Assembly (NCBI GenBank): GCA_951406725.2 | Contig: OX597833.1 | Span: 43,462,001-43,526,000 of the forward strand | Reading direction: 5' to 3' | Length of the DNA stretch: 64,000 nt | DNA from: Octopus vulgaris | Lineage: Eukaryota | Part shown: one piece after another, positions 24,023 to 38,449 of the stretch | How positions within the stretch are numbered: position 1 is the stretch's first letter | Layout: each line of letters opens with the position of its first letter | The notes under the pieces: model-generated | The model's database searches: none | What the model saw: the letters and a program-made list of their open reading frames with translations, nothing else | What the model was told of the DNA's origin: nothing | Position numbers and translations under genes: made by a program

Positions 24023-24053
<31 letters not shown>

Positions 24054-24364
24054 GCATGTTTGAATGTATGTATGTCTTTATATGTAAGCAGTCTACTAGT
24101 TTGTCCCTTTTTCGTATATTGGAGGGAAAAAGGTGAAAAACATTTCGTTTCCTTCAAATTACAATGGACAACAACGATAAAGACGCTGAACTATTTTCAA
24201 GCGATTTGTATGTAATCAAGTGCATTCTATTCGAATAAGTTATTGATTTCTTTTTACTATCAACAGTTTTTCGAAAACAAGGAAGATTATATTATAGAGT
24301 AACTTTTTTCCTTGACTCATTAAATTTTGTGTGTGTGTGTGTGTATGTTTATTCTCATATATGC

Positions 24365-26580
24365 ACATATACTTCTGGTTAAGTTGTTTCGACTATCGTC
24401 ATTTCCGAAGATTCGTCGATCTTTCTAAAATATTAAATAAATATCAAATACAGTATTAATTTACGACGCCTGGCAAAACAGCAATAACGTTTATACTATA
24501 CTGTACTGTTAGTTCCGGGTTATGTCGATTGGTTGTGTTCGTATTCGTATCCGGGTAATAAATTTTTAAAAAAGCAACAGAAACATATAATCTGTATAGC
24601 ATATTAAAATTAATGCTAAAATACTGTATCCATCACAAATAATTACAATTCATTAATAAACAAAGGCATTAAAATTTACAGGTTAACGGAATACGAATCA
24701 GAACAAGTGTACAAGTTCAAATGTCTTCCGATAGGTGGTATTCGTACTTCAGCCGCGAGCTTTTCAAATGTGTTCACATCGAATGTGCTGTAAAATTTTC
24801 TGCAATTATTTTTGCGATTTACATTTTAGTCCCATGGCTCCGAAGAAGAATCCTAATGAAAGTGGTAAGCGTAGAGTCATATTGTTGGAAGATAAAGTGG
24901 ATATGATAAAACGATATGAAAAGGGTGAAAAGATTGTAGCCATTGCCCGATCGTTTGGGATGAGCCATAACCACTGTATCAACGATTGTGCACGATAGAA
25001 AAAAGATTATGGCACAGCTGAAAGATGATGTTCCAGGGATGAAAAACACCATCATCAACAACAAAAGAGGACGAATCTACGAAGAGATAGAGCAGCTTCT
25101 TGCCTTTTTGGGTTGAAAGGCAGAATCGTCAGCAAGCAAATTGTAGTCAGGAAATAATCCAGGAGATTGTTTTTGTTTGAAGACTTGAAAAAGATTGAAA
25201 AGATTGTGTTTGTTTGAAGACTTGAAAAAGGAATATCCAGATGAGAATGACGTAGAATTTAAGGCAAATCAGAGATGGTTTAAGAGGTTTAAGCAGCGGC
25301 AGAGTTTGCACTCTCCCCCAAAAAAACAAGGTGAAAGCGCATCGGCTGACAATGTTGCTGCAGTGGAATTTCCTGCTACATTATTGAAGATTAGTGAAGA
25401 TAATAGATTTCTACCCGATTTCTATTCAATGTTGATGAGACCGGTATTTACTGGAAGAAATTGCCAGATCGTTTTTTTTATATCCAAGGAAGAGAAAAGA
25501 ATTCCTGGCTACAAAGTATCAGAAGGACGTCTGACCCTAATGTTGGGAGGGAATTGTGCAGGCGATTGCAAGCTAAAACCGTTGCTTGTGTATCATGCGC
25601 TGAAACCATGAGTTCTTAAGAACATACTCAAGACATCTCTTCCTGTAATATGGATGGCTAACTCAAAGGCTTGGGTTACTGTCATTATTTTTGAAGAATG
25701 GGTTTTAAATCATTTTATTCCTGAAGCAGAAAAATACTGCAAGGCTAAAGGGATTCCTTTTAAATTCTACTTGTCTTAGATAACGCTCCCGGCCACCCGA
25801 AAAATATCGGAGATTTCCACTGTGCCCACAATTTTACAATGCTGTAGTGAACAAGACCTTGGTGCAGTTGAACAATGAACTGGAAATGGAGTTGGAAGGA
25901 CAGGATATTTATTAATTATTTGAGAAAGATAAACAGTCCCTGACAAACGAAGAGTTGATAGAACTTCATGAACGACAGAAAAAGGAAGAAGAAGAAGAAG
26001 AAGAAGAAGAAGAAGAACCTGATCACGAGACTCGTCGTTTTGCGTTGAAGAAAATGCAAGAGGCTTTTTCTCATTTAGATAAATGCCTTGCTTTATTTGA
26101 GGAAGTGGATCCCAATGCACAACGTTTTGTAAAAATATTGGGTGGTTGTCAACAAACTACAGCAACTTATAACCTAATCCTTGTAGAGAAAACGAAAAAG
26201 ACAATTTAAGGAACTTGAGACAAGTTCGCACAAGGATCTCCACCATCGAAACAGGAGTCAGCTGACGATCCCCGACCATCAACATCTAGTGTATAATTTT
26301 CTCCTCCTCCTACACCATCGTCAACGAGTAACACCTAGGTCAGCCATCGGGTAGGCAACAGTACAGTATTTTAAATTATTTCTTTCTAATATAAAAGCAG
26401 TCTAGGCTTGCCTAACAATTTATAGAATTCGCGGGCTAACATAAAAACAACCTAGGCTAGCCTAGGTTTTAATTATTTCATGTATATATATTTAAATAAT
26501 GGTTATCTTGACCTAAGACGTTTTCCGACTTAAGTCGTGTCCTCTGGAACCAATTAACGACGTAGAGTGAAGTATAATTG
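24365..26580 (+). mobile_element. Pogo/Tigger DNA transposon, disrupted transposase (~24834-26209) with internal deletion
   Basis: HTH-psq (KRRVILLEDKVDMIKRYEKG), CENP-B HTH (FKANQRWFKRFKQR), DDE_1 motifs NVDETG, RLTLMLGGN and LDNAPGHP; TATACTTC/GAAGTATA ends. Confidence 0.88.
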
Positions 26581-27220
26581 TGTGTGTATGTGTGTGTGTG
26601 TGTTTGTGTACACACACACATACCTATACATACATAAACACACACATATATGCAAACCTGTCATAAACTCGGTTGCAATAAGAATTTGAAAATACAATTT
26701 CTTCACTTTTCATTTGAATTACATTCCTTAAAATCTCTGAGATTTCAGTGAAGAGCATGAGAGCTTCCATCAAGTTATCTCCTTGACACTTTGATGGGAC
26801 ATCTCGTCACTTTTTGAGTTCAATCTAATCGGTTTGTACAATCAAGCGAACGTGCACGTAGTGAGATAGACGGATAGATAGATACACACACACATATATA
26901 GACGCATTTATAAATACACACACACTCTCTCTCTCTCCCACACACACACACATGCGCACACAGACACACACACTCACACACACACACACTCACACACACA
27001 CATATATCAATTAAATTCGAATTAAAGAACTAAGGTTTAGAAAGGAGGCGTTAAGCGCAGTATCCAAACATTGTTTCAGAATAAGACCCAGGCAATGTTC
27101 CAGCAGAGCATGTTCGCCACTTGTGGCTACCAGGCGTCATCAGCGTTACTGTGCGTTCGTCGTTTGATCTACGTCTGGAATTCCGAGGTGCGTGTAGGAT
27201 ATATTTTAAATGATTGATAC

Positions 27221-27447
27221 GGAAGACGGAGTGTAACTAGAAGTTTTATTAGCACAACAATTGTTTCGGCTTCATTTCTGCACTGGTCCCTAGTGGGCGT
27301 GAGACGATGTAATGACATTAAATGCAACGCACATTGCTTCTGATGTCATTACATCATCATTACATCGTCCCACGCCCACTGAGGAACAGTGCAGAATGAA
27401 GCCGAAACGATAGTTGTACTAATACATCTAGTTAAACTCCGTCTTCC
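27221..27447. repeat. ~225-bp imperfect fold-back palindrome
   Basis: Arms GGAAGACGGAGT...GACGATGTAATGA and TCATTACATCGTC...ACTCCGTCTTCC. Confidence 0.88.
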
Positions 27448-28254
27448 ACCGTATATTAACCGGTGTTGTTCAAACTACTGGTTCGTTTTGTTCTCTTACT
27501 TTATTATCATCTTATAATAATGACCTTTATGACTCGTATTACTACCTCAGTCAATCTAAATGTATATATTTGTCGTTACCTGTCATAAATAGCCTTTTGC
27601 TATTTGCAATATGCATTTTCGTTGATTTTTCATATTTTTCCCTTACATTTCCACGTGTATTTTATATTTTTTATTTTATATTTTCTTTTCGTAACACATT
27701 TCTACTATATATATATATATATGTATATATATAAAGGGTAAAATTATTTAATCAATGAAAGATTAATAATTTTACCAAGTAGTTTCGGCATGTTAAAAGA
27801 ACCATTTTTGCTCAATAACACACGTGGGTAGGTGAGGGAGAATACGAGATCTCATTCGAATGTTTCGAATTCGTTGGTACTAGTCATTGGATATAGTTTG
27901 TCTGATGTCGTTTGAAATCAGATAGGTATGTTCGATTTTTTCAGTGCTCTCAAATTTAAAATCTTGAAATACTGTGCTGAAGAGCGAGAATGATGGAATG
28001 GAAATGTGGTTTTTTGCATTTTTCATATCTATCTAAATCCTAAACGCGTCCACAGTTAATCAAATGCCAGGTGAATTCGTTGTTTTTTCTGTTTACCTAT
28101 GTGGATTGTTTTTGAGTAATATGTCATCTGGGAGATTTTCTTATGGTAGAGAAATAGCTAGTTTTTGACTGCTATTTCTAAATTTCGGTATGTGGTAAAG
28201 CAAATTTTTTGCTGAATCCTAATTATAATTATACTCATAATTATAAAAATCATA

Positions 28255-28336
<82 letters not shown>

Positions 28337-28894
28337 GTATATATATATCGTCAGAATTTAGAAAATTCGAGGGAACGTGAAAATTTTCTTTTTGGAGAGG
28401 GTGAAATTCGAAGCAGATAAAGCTGTAAGTAAATTTTCAGTTAAAAATATTGGATTGAAAAAAGTCGAAGACTAGCCGTGGGACATCAAAAAGGCCTGGC
28501 TGTGAGAGAAATATAAAAATGTAAATACATTTCTTCAGTGCTTTTGACGTGAGAATACGAAAGACGCAGAGTCCCTTGATATACCGTTTCACGATTTGTT
28601 GGCCACTCTTCTTTCCCCAATCAATAGCATTGAAAATTCTGCTATTATATATAACATTCATAAATTAAATTCGCACTGTAGTGAGAACTAAATTCATAAC
28701 TGCTTTGTATAGCATATAGTTTAATTGGTATATTTGTCCTTTTTATGGTTCTCCATAAATTTATGGCTCCTTACATAAACTCTCATGAACGGTGCAGTGT
28801 GAATTGGAAAGAGTGAAATAAATATGAATATTAGAAAATCCCGCTTCGAGAGAAATATAAGATTGTCAACCACATATATGATATGCTTCTGCGC

Positions 28895-28952
<58 letters not shown>

Positions 28953-28969
28953 GTGTGTGTATAAAACGA

Positions 28970-29275
28970 TAAACGTCGCCCTTTTCAAGCCTAGCAAGGC
29001 TCATGGGCCCGGTTTCCCAGTTTCTGTGGCGTATGTGTTCCCCACAGTTGGGACGGAACGCCAGTCCATCGCAGCGTTACTCAAGAAACAGGAGAGTGAG
29101 AGAAAGTTGTTGCGAAAGAGTTAAACAGGGTCATCATCACCCCCAGCCGGAGCCTCGTGGGGCTTTTAGGTGTTTTAGCCCAATAAACACGCACAACGCC
29201 AGGTCTGGGATTCGAAGCCACGATCCTCCGACCGCGAGTCCGCTGCGATAACCACTGGGCCATTGCGCCTCCACT
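28970..29275 (-). mobile_element. tRNA-derived SINE family C
   Basis: Minus-strand head GGAGGCGCAATGGCCCAGTGGTTA...GGCTTCGAATCCC (A and B boxes) followed by a non-tRNA body. Confidence 0.75.
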
Positions 29276-29296
29276 GTGCGCGCGCGCGTTGCGCGC

Positions 29297-29457
<161 letters not shown>

Positions 29458-30462
29458 AGTAGTAAAGTCTGAAAAAACGACAGACCATCATAAACTGACA
29501 CAACCACTCATAAAATCATACACTCCCCACCCCCCATACACACAGAGTTGGACAGTCAGACTAATTGTTCTGGCAGACGAACATAAATATCACTATAACT
29601 TAAAATTCCTCTCCATATCTGCTTGAAACGTAATATATATTTTTTTCAATATTTTAATTACTTTAAAGTAATGAACAAAAGAAGTGTTATTGCTTTGACA
29701 CTATCACCTCTTGAACAACCACCAATCAACACCACCTTCACAAACCACACTCACCACACCACCACCATCACGAGCTAAAAGATCATCACATCTATTATTA
29801 CCGCTACCACCACAACCACCATTACATCCACCACTACTACCGACAACAACAATCGCATCAACAACGGCAATCATTGAGGAATCCCTTGTCTGGTTGTTCG
29901 ATATTCTAGAAACAATAGCCTTATCGCTAATAAAGTCACACTATTTTTAAAAGAATGGGTACAATGCACAATGGGGCCTAAAATAAATTAAAAAGATATG
30001 TGGTCAGACATGGATTTTATATCTGCTTGATTAGGGTGACCTGGCATCAAATTTTTCAGAAATGCCCGTTTCTGGACTTTCAAGAAAAAGCAGCCGAATC
30101 CTTGCTCAATTGAGAATCTACTGTCTTAAAGAAGGAACAATATATTAAGTAACAATTACACACTGACAGGAAAACAAAATACCACGTGATGGTCGAAATG
30201 TCTTCGATCGTAAGTCTTCGAGATTGGGGTTCCCCTGAAACTAACACCATCCATACTTCTCATTCAACCATTTTCACCACTAAACTCTTCAAGACCATGG
30301 TGATGATGGTAGAAGCTATGATGGTATTCTTGCTATTGATGTTTTTAACTCCTGATCGGTCCTGAACGAGTTGACCTATGATTAAAAACACTCCACCAGC
30401 GCCTATTCCAGTATATATTCAGATAAAGTGCATCTAAGACTGCAATATCCAATGAATGGATT

Positions 30463-30827
30463 TGTAGGGACGCCATCTTGGAAATCTCCAGCACGCATGC
30501 GCAGGGTTGGAATCTTCCGGAAAGCCTACCGGAAGTTCCCTCGTGCGCATGCGCAGAAAACTAGCAGCAGCGAAATTCTCTTGTATCTCTCTTTTTGACA
30601 CTAGCAGCTAAACGATACAGACGTGTCCCCAGCAGCTCTCTCGAGCTGCTACATCGTGGCGCATCCCCGCTATGCTTGAACGGGCAGCATTTACTCACTC
30701 CACTTGACTACGGCCGATAAGCTCCTAGGTTGCCGATTCGCCCAGAGGAAAGAAATGTTTATATTGCGAATCAAAGAATAAGTATTTATACTGTTGAAGT
30801 TAACGGAAAATCTTGACTCTTTCTTCA
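30463..30827 (+). mobile_element. Possible solo LTR (TG...CA) with a GC-rich promoter-like head
   Basis: Starts TGTAGGG and ends TCTTCA; sharp GC shift; no clean TSD found. Confidence 0.4.
30471..30555. promoter_or_regulatory. Cluster of YY1, NRF1 and ETS motifs
   Basis: CGCCATCTTG (30471), ACGCATGCGCA (30493), CTTCCGG (30514), ACCGGAAGT (30528), TGCGCATGCGCA (30544). Confidence 0.5.
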
Positions 30828-31109
30828 ATTAATATTTGATGTAAAGAATGCGAGCAGCACCCATCCAGTGCGGGAAACTCAAAGAGAATGTCAAATGATT
30901 TTTTTCTATTTCTTCTAATATTTGTTAAAGATTTTAGAGGATTTGGTTGCTGTTTCTTGCAAGTCGAGTGAGTATATAGGGCTCGTATTGATATGCTGGC
31001 TTGTAGTGATATGGTGAATATTGCGATAGTGGCCATAATAATAATTTCTGATTCTGGCTGAAAGTTCCTGTTGTGTCTTGCTAGAAAGGACTCTTAATAA
31101 TGGTTTCAA

Positions 31110-31318
31110 ATTTTGGCGCTAGGCTAGCAAGTCGGGAGAAGGGACTAAGTCAATTACATCGACCTCAGCGTTCAGTTAGTACTTATTTTATGGAACCCCA
31201 AAGGATGAAAGGCGAAGTCGACCTTGGCGGAATTTGAACTCAGAACACGAAGATTGACAAAATGCTGCTAGGCATTTTGCCCGGCGTGCTAACGATTCTG
31301 CCAGCTCGCCGACTTAAG
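31110..31318 (-). mobile_element. SINE family B
   Basis: AAGGATGAAAGGCGAAGTCGACC...CTGCCAGCTCGCC. Confidence 0.8.
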
Positions 31319-31616
31319 GGGCACTTATCAATAAGAAAACGTGTCAAACTTTATAGGCAACACAGTAATTTACAAAAGAAGACCTCTCCAAGCAAGAACA
31401 TATTCTTGTTTTTTATAATAGTCCTATGCTTTGAATAGCTCACTGCTTTTTAAAGTATATTTTTAAAAGTAATTTTTTTTTACTTTTGAGTATTAAGGGG
31501 TTTGAGGGAAACAACCGATTAAATGTGACCCCCAGTATTTGACTTGGTATTTTAATTTATCGTCTCCTGAAGGATGAACGTCTAAGATGATCGTGGCTAG
31601 ACTGGAACTCAGAAGT

Positions 31617-31985
<369 letters not shown>

Positions 31986-32110
31986 TTTGTGGTAGAGGTT
32001 ATCATGTATTGTGTGTGGTGGTGGTCGGGGGGGGGGGGATTCTTTTGAGTAGCGAATTGGATTGGTTTAATGCAGTGCTCTGAATGCACGCTGGAGACTG
32101 GAACAAAGTA

Positions 32111-32676
32111 TTGGGTTGTCCGGAAAGTTCGCGCCGATTTTTAAAGGAAAGAAAAAGGTCAATAAATATTTGCCAATACATTTTTAATCAACCAAATATG
32201 AACCATTTTATTGCACAATGCGTCCCCATCTTTCCTTTAACTTGAAAATACCCTCTTCCTAGAATTGAGGGGGTTTCATGGCAAAGAATTTATCAAGGCA
32301 TCTTTTTACGTCATCCAAGGAATTGAAATTTTTACCATTAAGATCATTCTGCAGAGACCTGAATAAGTGGAAATCCGAAGGAGCAATATCTGGTGAATAT
32401 AAAGGGTGGGGTAACACATCCCAGCCGAGCTGCGGCAATTTTTGTCTGGTTCCCAAGGCATCAAGTGCCGAAAATGAACTTTCTTATCTTCCATTTTAAA
32501 GGGTCACAGAATTAACACAGGTTATAGGAACATAAACCTTCTTCAACGAAAAGATAGCTTAAACTGTGCTCTAAATGGAGGTGTAGCCAAATCCTATTTT
32601 ATGGACTCAACCATGTTCTAAAATAAGTCGAAATGTAAGCTACTATAAATCGGCACGCACTTTCCGGACAACCCAA
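32111..32676 (-). mobile_element. Internally deleted mariner element with intact TIRs
   Basis: TA|TTGGGTTGTCCGGAAAGT...ACTTTCCGGACAACCCAA|TA; MEDKKVHFRH fused to LGWDVLPHPLYSPDIAPSDFHLF. Confidence 0.93.
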
Positions 32677-33160
32677 TATATAAGGCTTGATGGATGAAAT
32701 AACAAAGAGGGGTCTTCCACGAGTTTTGATGGTATGCATGTATGAAAAACTGTTGTGCAAAAATTTGACTCCAAGTAAAGCTTAATGAATTCCAGCATTA
32801 ACCATCTAGCCGTTTCGTGTGTCCAGGTGCAGGACTTTATTATCCAATGTATACTACCGTTTTAAAACATTAGGGTATCATCTGAGAGTGAATTGGTTGC
32901 TATTTCTTGTAGAATTTAAGGTCACGTAGTGTTGCTGCTGATAGCAATAATATGTTACAGTTTTGCTGTTGAGATAATTGTTTTAGTTATATGATATTTT
33001 ACGCAACCTGACAATAAAAGCAAGCAATAAGAATTTTATGAGTACAATAAACATTTATTACTATAGCTGTTTCTGTTATTATTAATCACCATGGCATTAA
33101 GAAAAACCTTCTTCTTCTTCTTTTCTTCTTCTTCTTCTTCTTCTTCTTCTTCTTCTTCTT

Positions 33161-33290
<130 letters not shown>

Positions 33291-33578
33291 CTTCTCAGAG
33301 CTCTCGGCCTTAATTGCTCAGGTTGAATTTTTGAGAACGGCCAACCACCTGTTGTCAGATGTTTCACAGGGTCTATTTCCGCAAATTATAAGCTTTGGTG
33401 CTTGAATATCAACTTATCGTGAAAGACACTCAACACTTAAGCATCAATCTCAAAATCTTAGCTGTCCCCCAATAAAGCAGGTTTTTGGGCCTGCTCTGCT
33501 CTCATGTCAATTACAATTTCTTCGACATATTTCTCGAACCTAGTTGTTAATTATCATCATCATCATCATCATCATCGT

Positions 33579-34208
33579 CAAGGCGGTGAGCTGGCAGAAC
33601 CGTTAGCACGCCGGGCGAAATGCGTAGCCGTATTTCGTCTGCCGTTACGTTCTGAGTTCAAATTCCACCGAGGTCGTCTTCGCCTTTCATCCTTTCGGGG
33701 TCAATAAATTAAGTACCAGTTACGCACTGGGGTCGATGTAATCGACTGAATTCGTTAGTCTGTTCTTGTTTGTCCTTTCTGTGTTTAGCCCCTTGCGGGT
33801 AGTAAAGAAACATATTTTAAGGCGGCGAACTGGCAGAAACGTTAACACGCCGGGCGAAATGCTTAGCGGTATTTCGTCTGCCCCTACATTCTGAGTTCAA
33901 ATTCCGCCGAGGTCGACTTTGCCTTTCATCCTTTCGGGGTCGATAAATTAAGTACCACTTACGCACTGGGGTCGATGTAATCAACTTAATCCGGTTGTCT
34001 GTCCTTGTTCGTCCCCTCTGTGTTTGGCCCCTTGTTGTTAGTAAAGAAATAGATATTTCGTCTGACGCTACGACTTTGCATTTCAGGTCGACTTTGCCTT
34101 TCATCCTTTCGGGGTCGATAAATTAAGTACCATTTGCATACTGGGGTCGATGTAATCGACATAATCCCTTCTACCAAATCTGAGGCCTTGTGCTTCCAGT
34201 AGAAAGGA

Positions 34209-34263
<55 letters not shown>

Positions 34264-34505
34264 CATCATCATCATCATTATTATTATTATTTTCATTATC
34301 ATCTTTCAATTCTGTTTCCATCTCTTGCCGACGGTCTTCTTGACATCTAGGGCAGAGAAACGCCGGGTGAAATGCTTAGCGGTATTTCGTCCGCCGCTAA
34401 GTTCTGAGATAAAAATTCCGCCGAGGTCGACTTTACCCTTAATCCTCTCGTGGTAGACGAAACAAGTACCAGTCACGCACTGAAGTCAATTTAATCGACT
34501 AGGCC
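33579..34505 (+). mobile_element. Cluster of about four SINE family B copies
   Basis: AAGGCGG.GA.CTGGCAGAA heads at 33580 and 33819; partial copies at 34085 and 34350. Confidence 0.88.
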
Positions 34506-34546
34506 CTTTCTTCAAAAACTTTTCAAGGCCTTCTGCTTAGAGTAGA

Positions 34547-34622
<76 letters not shown>

Positions 34623-35246
34623 GCAATAATAATAACAACTGAAAAATAACTTCCAAGGACTAGAATAGCTACAATTTCTTGTACAGTTTTCGAGCACACA
34701 AACGATCAGCTTTAAGAACTTAAATATCCACAACATCTGTGAATACCTGTCCTCTCCTTTCTCCTTGAGTATTCAAAAATGTAAACATCGTCTTTATTCT
34801 AAGAACACTACGGTTTTCTCTATTCGGACAAACAAAAGATCATCTTAAGTAAATTAAAACTTTTATATCTACAATTTCTGTGAAGATTTTACCCACCTTT
34901 TCTTTTCTTTCCTGAGTATTCGAAAATGTTAACATATTTATTATTGCCAAAACACTACAGTTTTCTCTGATTGGAAATACAAACGAACATCTCTAAGAAA
35001 TTTAGAAACTTTAATATCTACAATTTTGTGTGAAAATTTTATCTTTCTTTTTTCCCTGACTACCCGAATGTTAACATGCCTTTTATTGTAACAACGCAAT
35101 TAAATGCACGATAAAAGCACCTACCAATATATACAAACTGCACAATTACAAAAACTGTAAACCACAGCAAAACTAATAAAAGGGAAGGAAAATTTCAAGG
35201 AAAAAAAGAAGAAAAATTCAGAAATTCAACAGGTGAACACCAGTAT

Positions 35247-35331
<85 letters not shown>

Positions 35332-36284
35332 ATTTTTTTCTATCAGTAATTAAAAATAGAACAAGGTGAATTGGTTCTTTTCAAGGCTAAGGTCAGCGCT
35401 CTCATTGGTCGCCAGTAGAAGTAAACACATTTAACCCCTGCTGACCCCAAAGGTGTGAGGGCGCTTTTGTCTCCTTATCACACAGGAATGCCTGTTACTG
35501 ATCTCTTCACCATCCGCCGCATCTATTTACAGATCTGTGGAATTTAATATATTCACCAAGCTGTCTCACTTGCTCCTACTATTCCCTTAAACACTCACAT
35601 ATTTATGGTCCTCTCAAGTACAACACAAAAGATAATAATAATAATGAAAGGAAGCGCTTGGAATCTCCCTATGCTCTGATTGATGATGTATCTAGCGATG
35701 ATGTCACAATAAAAACACTGGTAATTGCGCAACCTGATAATCGCTACCGCATATGAGTGACAATGAAAAAAAATATTGTGAATAACGGTGGTAATGAAAC
35801 TGAATTGCCCTTAATGGTGACAATGTTACACCCGGCAGGCTCAGAGATACTGGTCCAACTCCAGCCTGCCGTTATCCAGCAAGGGACCAGCATACATAGC
35901 GTAGATGGAACAAACAAATCAATGCTGTGGTCATGGAGTGTAACTACCTGAGCCAATCCGTAGACGAAAATGGTGTTCATCTTAAGGGATACCGACAACG
36001 TATGTATGCTCAATGGAGAGAAAGAGCATGGTCTCAACTCACGGAACAGAGATTATGTGATCAGGTTAGAGCGATAAGAAAATTCGTTGGTTCACAGAAG
36101 TAGAGCTCGAAGCTATCAAAAGACGGGTATTGGAAAGCAGCAACAGAGGAAACGATGAAAATACAGTTCCTACTAATAGAAGTAATCTCAGAGCAGAAAA
36201 CGGAGGTGAAATCTCTAATAAACCAGAGGAAAGGGTCAGTGATAGCTTGCTCGATGAGAGACATATATGTGGTTTGGAAGAAGA

Positions 36285-37230
36285 CACTAGAATCTTCCTC
36301 GTGCCATTCAGTAACAACTTTAGCTGTGTGAATTAGTGCATTATCATCCTGAAAGATTGTGTTTCCCTCCGGAAACAGTTTTGCAGCCATAGGATGAATT
36401 TGATCAGATATAATGCTTAAATAGTCTTGACTATTAATTCTGCTACGAAGGGAACTCATTGGGCCGGCGGATTTCCAAGATATATCTCCCCAGATCATCA
36501 CAGATCCTCCTCGCTGTTTAGCAGTTGGAAGAGGGCAGTCTGAATCAAATGCTTCTTTTAGCTATCTCCATACGTATACTCGACCGGTGATCGGAAATAA
36601 GGTAAAGGATGACTCGTCCGAGAAAATAACATTCTTCCACTGCTCTTGAGACCAATTCTGTGGGTTTTTACTCCACTCTAAACGCTTTGCAACATTTGTT
36701 TTTGAAAATAGTGGTTTTCTGATTGCAGCCCCACCGTGAAATCCGGCTTTGCACAACTCCCGGTGAACAGTTTTTGTGGAAACTGGGTTCTCGAGGTGGT
36801 CATTAAGCTCTGCAGTAATTTTGGAAGCCGTACTTTTGTGATTCTTTCTAACAATTTGCGTCAGAGTCCGACGGTCCCTATCTGAAAGTTTTGGTTTTCT
36901 TCCGGAGTTTTGTTTCGGCGGGATGGGAGTGGGGTACCCTCTTTCTCAAAGGCTGTCATTATTTTCGAGACAGTACTTCTTGACACACCAAACATTTCGA
37001 CTGTTTTTGCTACGCTAGCGCCTGCAATACGAGCACCAACAATTTGACCTCTTTGAAAGTCCGATAGATCTGTCATTTTAATGAATGTTAATTACCTTTT
37101 TTCTGATGATATCTGAAAAGAAACAGCAAATTTAGCAAAACATATTAAGCATCACTAATAATAAATAAAAAACATAAAAATGAACAAGCTTTTGACGGTT
37201 TTATTGATATTACAAAATTATGATGCCATG
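36285..37230 (-). pseudogene. Tc1 transposase, 5' and central part, disrupted
   Basis: MTDLSDFQRGQIVGA, WKNVIFSDESSF, MIWGDISW, IFQDDNALIHTA. Confidence 0.92.
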
Positions 37231-37272
37231 ATATATATATATATATATATATATACGCACACACAGAGATAG

Positions 37273-37331
<59 letters not shown>

Positions 37332-37384
37332 GAGAGAGAGAAGCAGACAGACAGACAGACAGACTGATAGATAGATAGACAGTC

Positions 37385-37441
<57 letters not shown>

Positions 37442-37442
37442 T

Positions 37443-37600
<158 letters not shown>

Positions 37601-37629
37601 GGTAGTTGCTTGCCATGACTGTCACAACT

Positions 37630-37719
37630 GCCATCTCTGAAGAGCGCAGGGTTACATAATTGGGTTGTTACCTAACACTCCGTTGAACCCTTAGTGCGAA
37701 ACCGATTGGTAAGATCGGC
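37630..37719 (+). ncRNA. Type I hammerhead ribozyme, intact core, in a ~210-bp solo pLTR between (GATA)n and (TA)n
   Basis: GCCATCT-CTGAAGA-GCGC-AGGGTT...AACCCT-ta-GTGC-GAAACCGATTGGTA/AGATCGGC; predicted cut after A37711. Confidence 0.85.
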
Positions 37720-38113
37720 CTTAATGGATATATAATATTGTACACTTTGATTAATATACACATTCAACTGACAAATATTTTTTCTGACTTATGGATTCTT
37801 AGGTGGCTATATATATATGTCATACGCAGATGAGATGCGATGATAAGTGAAGAAGAACCCAGCCACGATTCTGTACAAATAATAGCTATATATTAACTTC
37901 ATTTTAACCTCAAATTAGACGGTTAATCGAAAAAATCATCTCGGGCGAAATCGTGGTAACACTCGTGAGTGTGTGTTATGTTATTGTTAATGATATGACT
38001 CAATGACAAAAACTGAAATTTCAAGTAAAAATTCAGCTCTGGTTGATTCAATCATGCTAAAAATATCGTATAAAAACTTATAATTGTCACATAAAAAATT
38101 CACACGCATCCCC

Positions 38114-38174
<61 letters not shown>

Positions 38175-38197
38175 CAGATAGATAGATAGATATATGC

Positions 38198-38238
<41 letters not shown>

Positions 38239-38449
38239 TATACATGCATACAAACATAGCTAGGCGCACATATATAATCATACATGCACTTAAATGAACT
38301 TAAATGAACTAAAATGCGCATTTAAGTAACCTATACACGGGCAAATTCAATCTTAACCGACTACCAATGAGGTAAGAGCAAAATGTGTTTAAGGGTGCGT
38401 GTATATATATATATGCATGCATGTATATATGTGTTTATGTATTATCTAT

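Noticed and set aside
27765-28360. Hammerhead halves on the minus strand (CTGACGA at ~28355, GAAACTACTTGGTA at ~27785)
   Set aside because: They are separated by ~570 bp and a TA tract, and no stem II could be shown.
35430-36285. TTAA-CCC piggyBac-like end and adjacent unique-looking sequence
   Set aside because: No matching second terminus or transposase motifs found.
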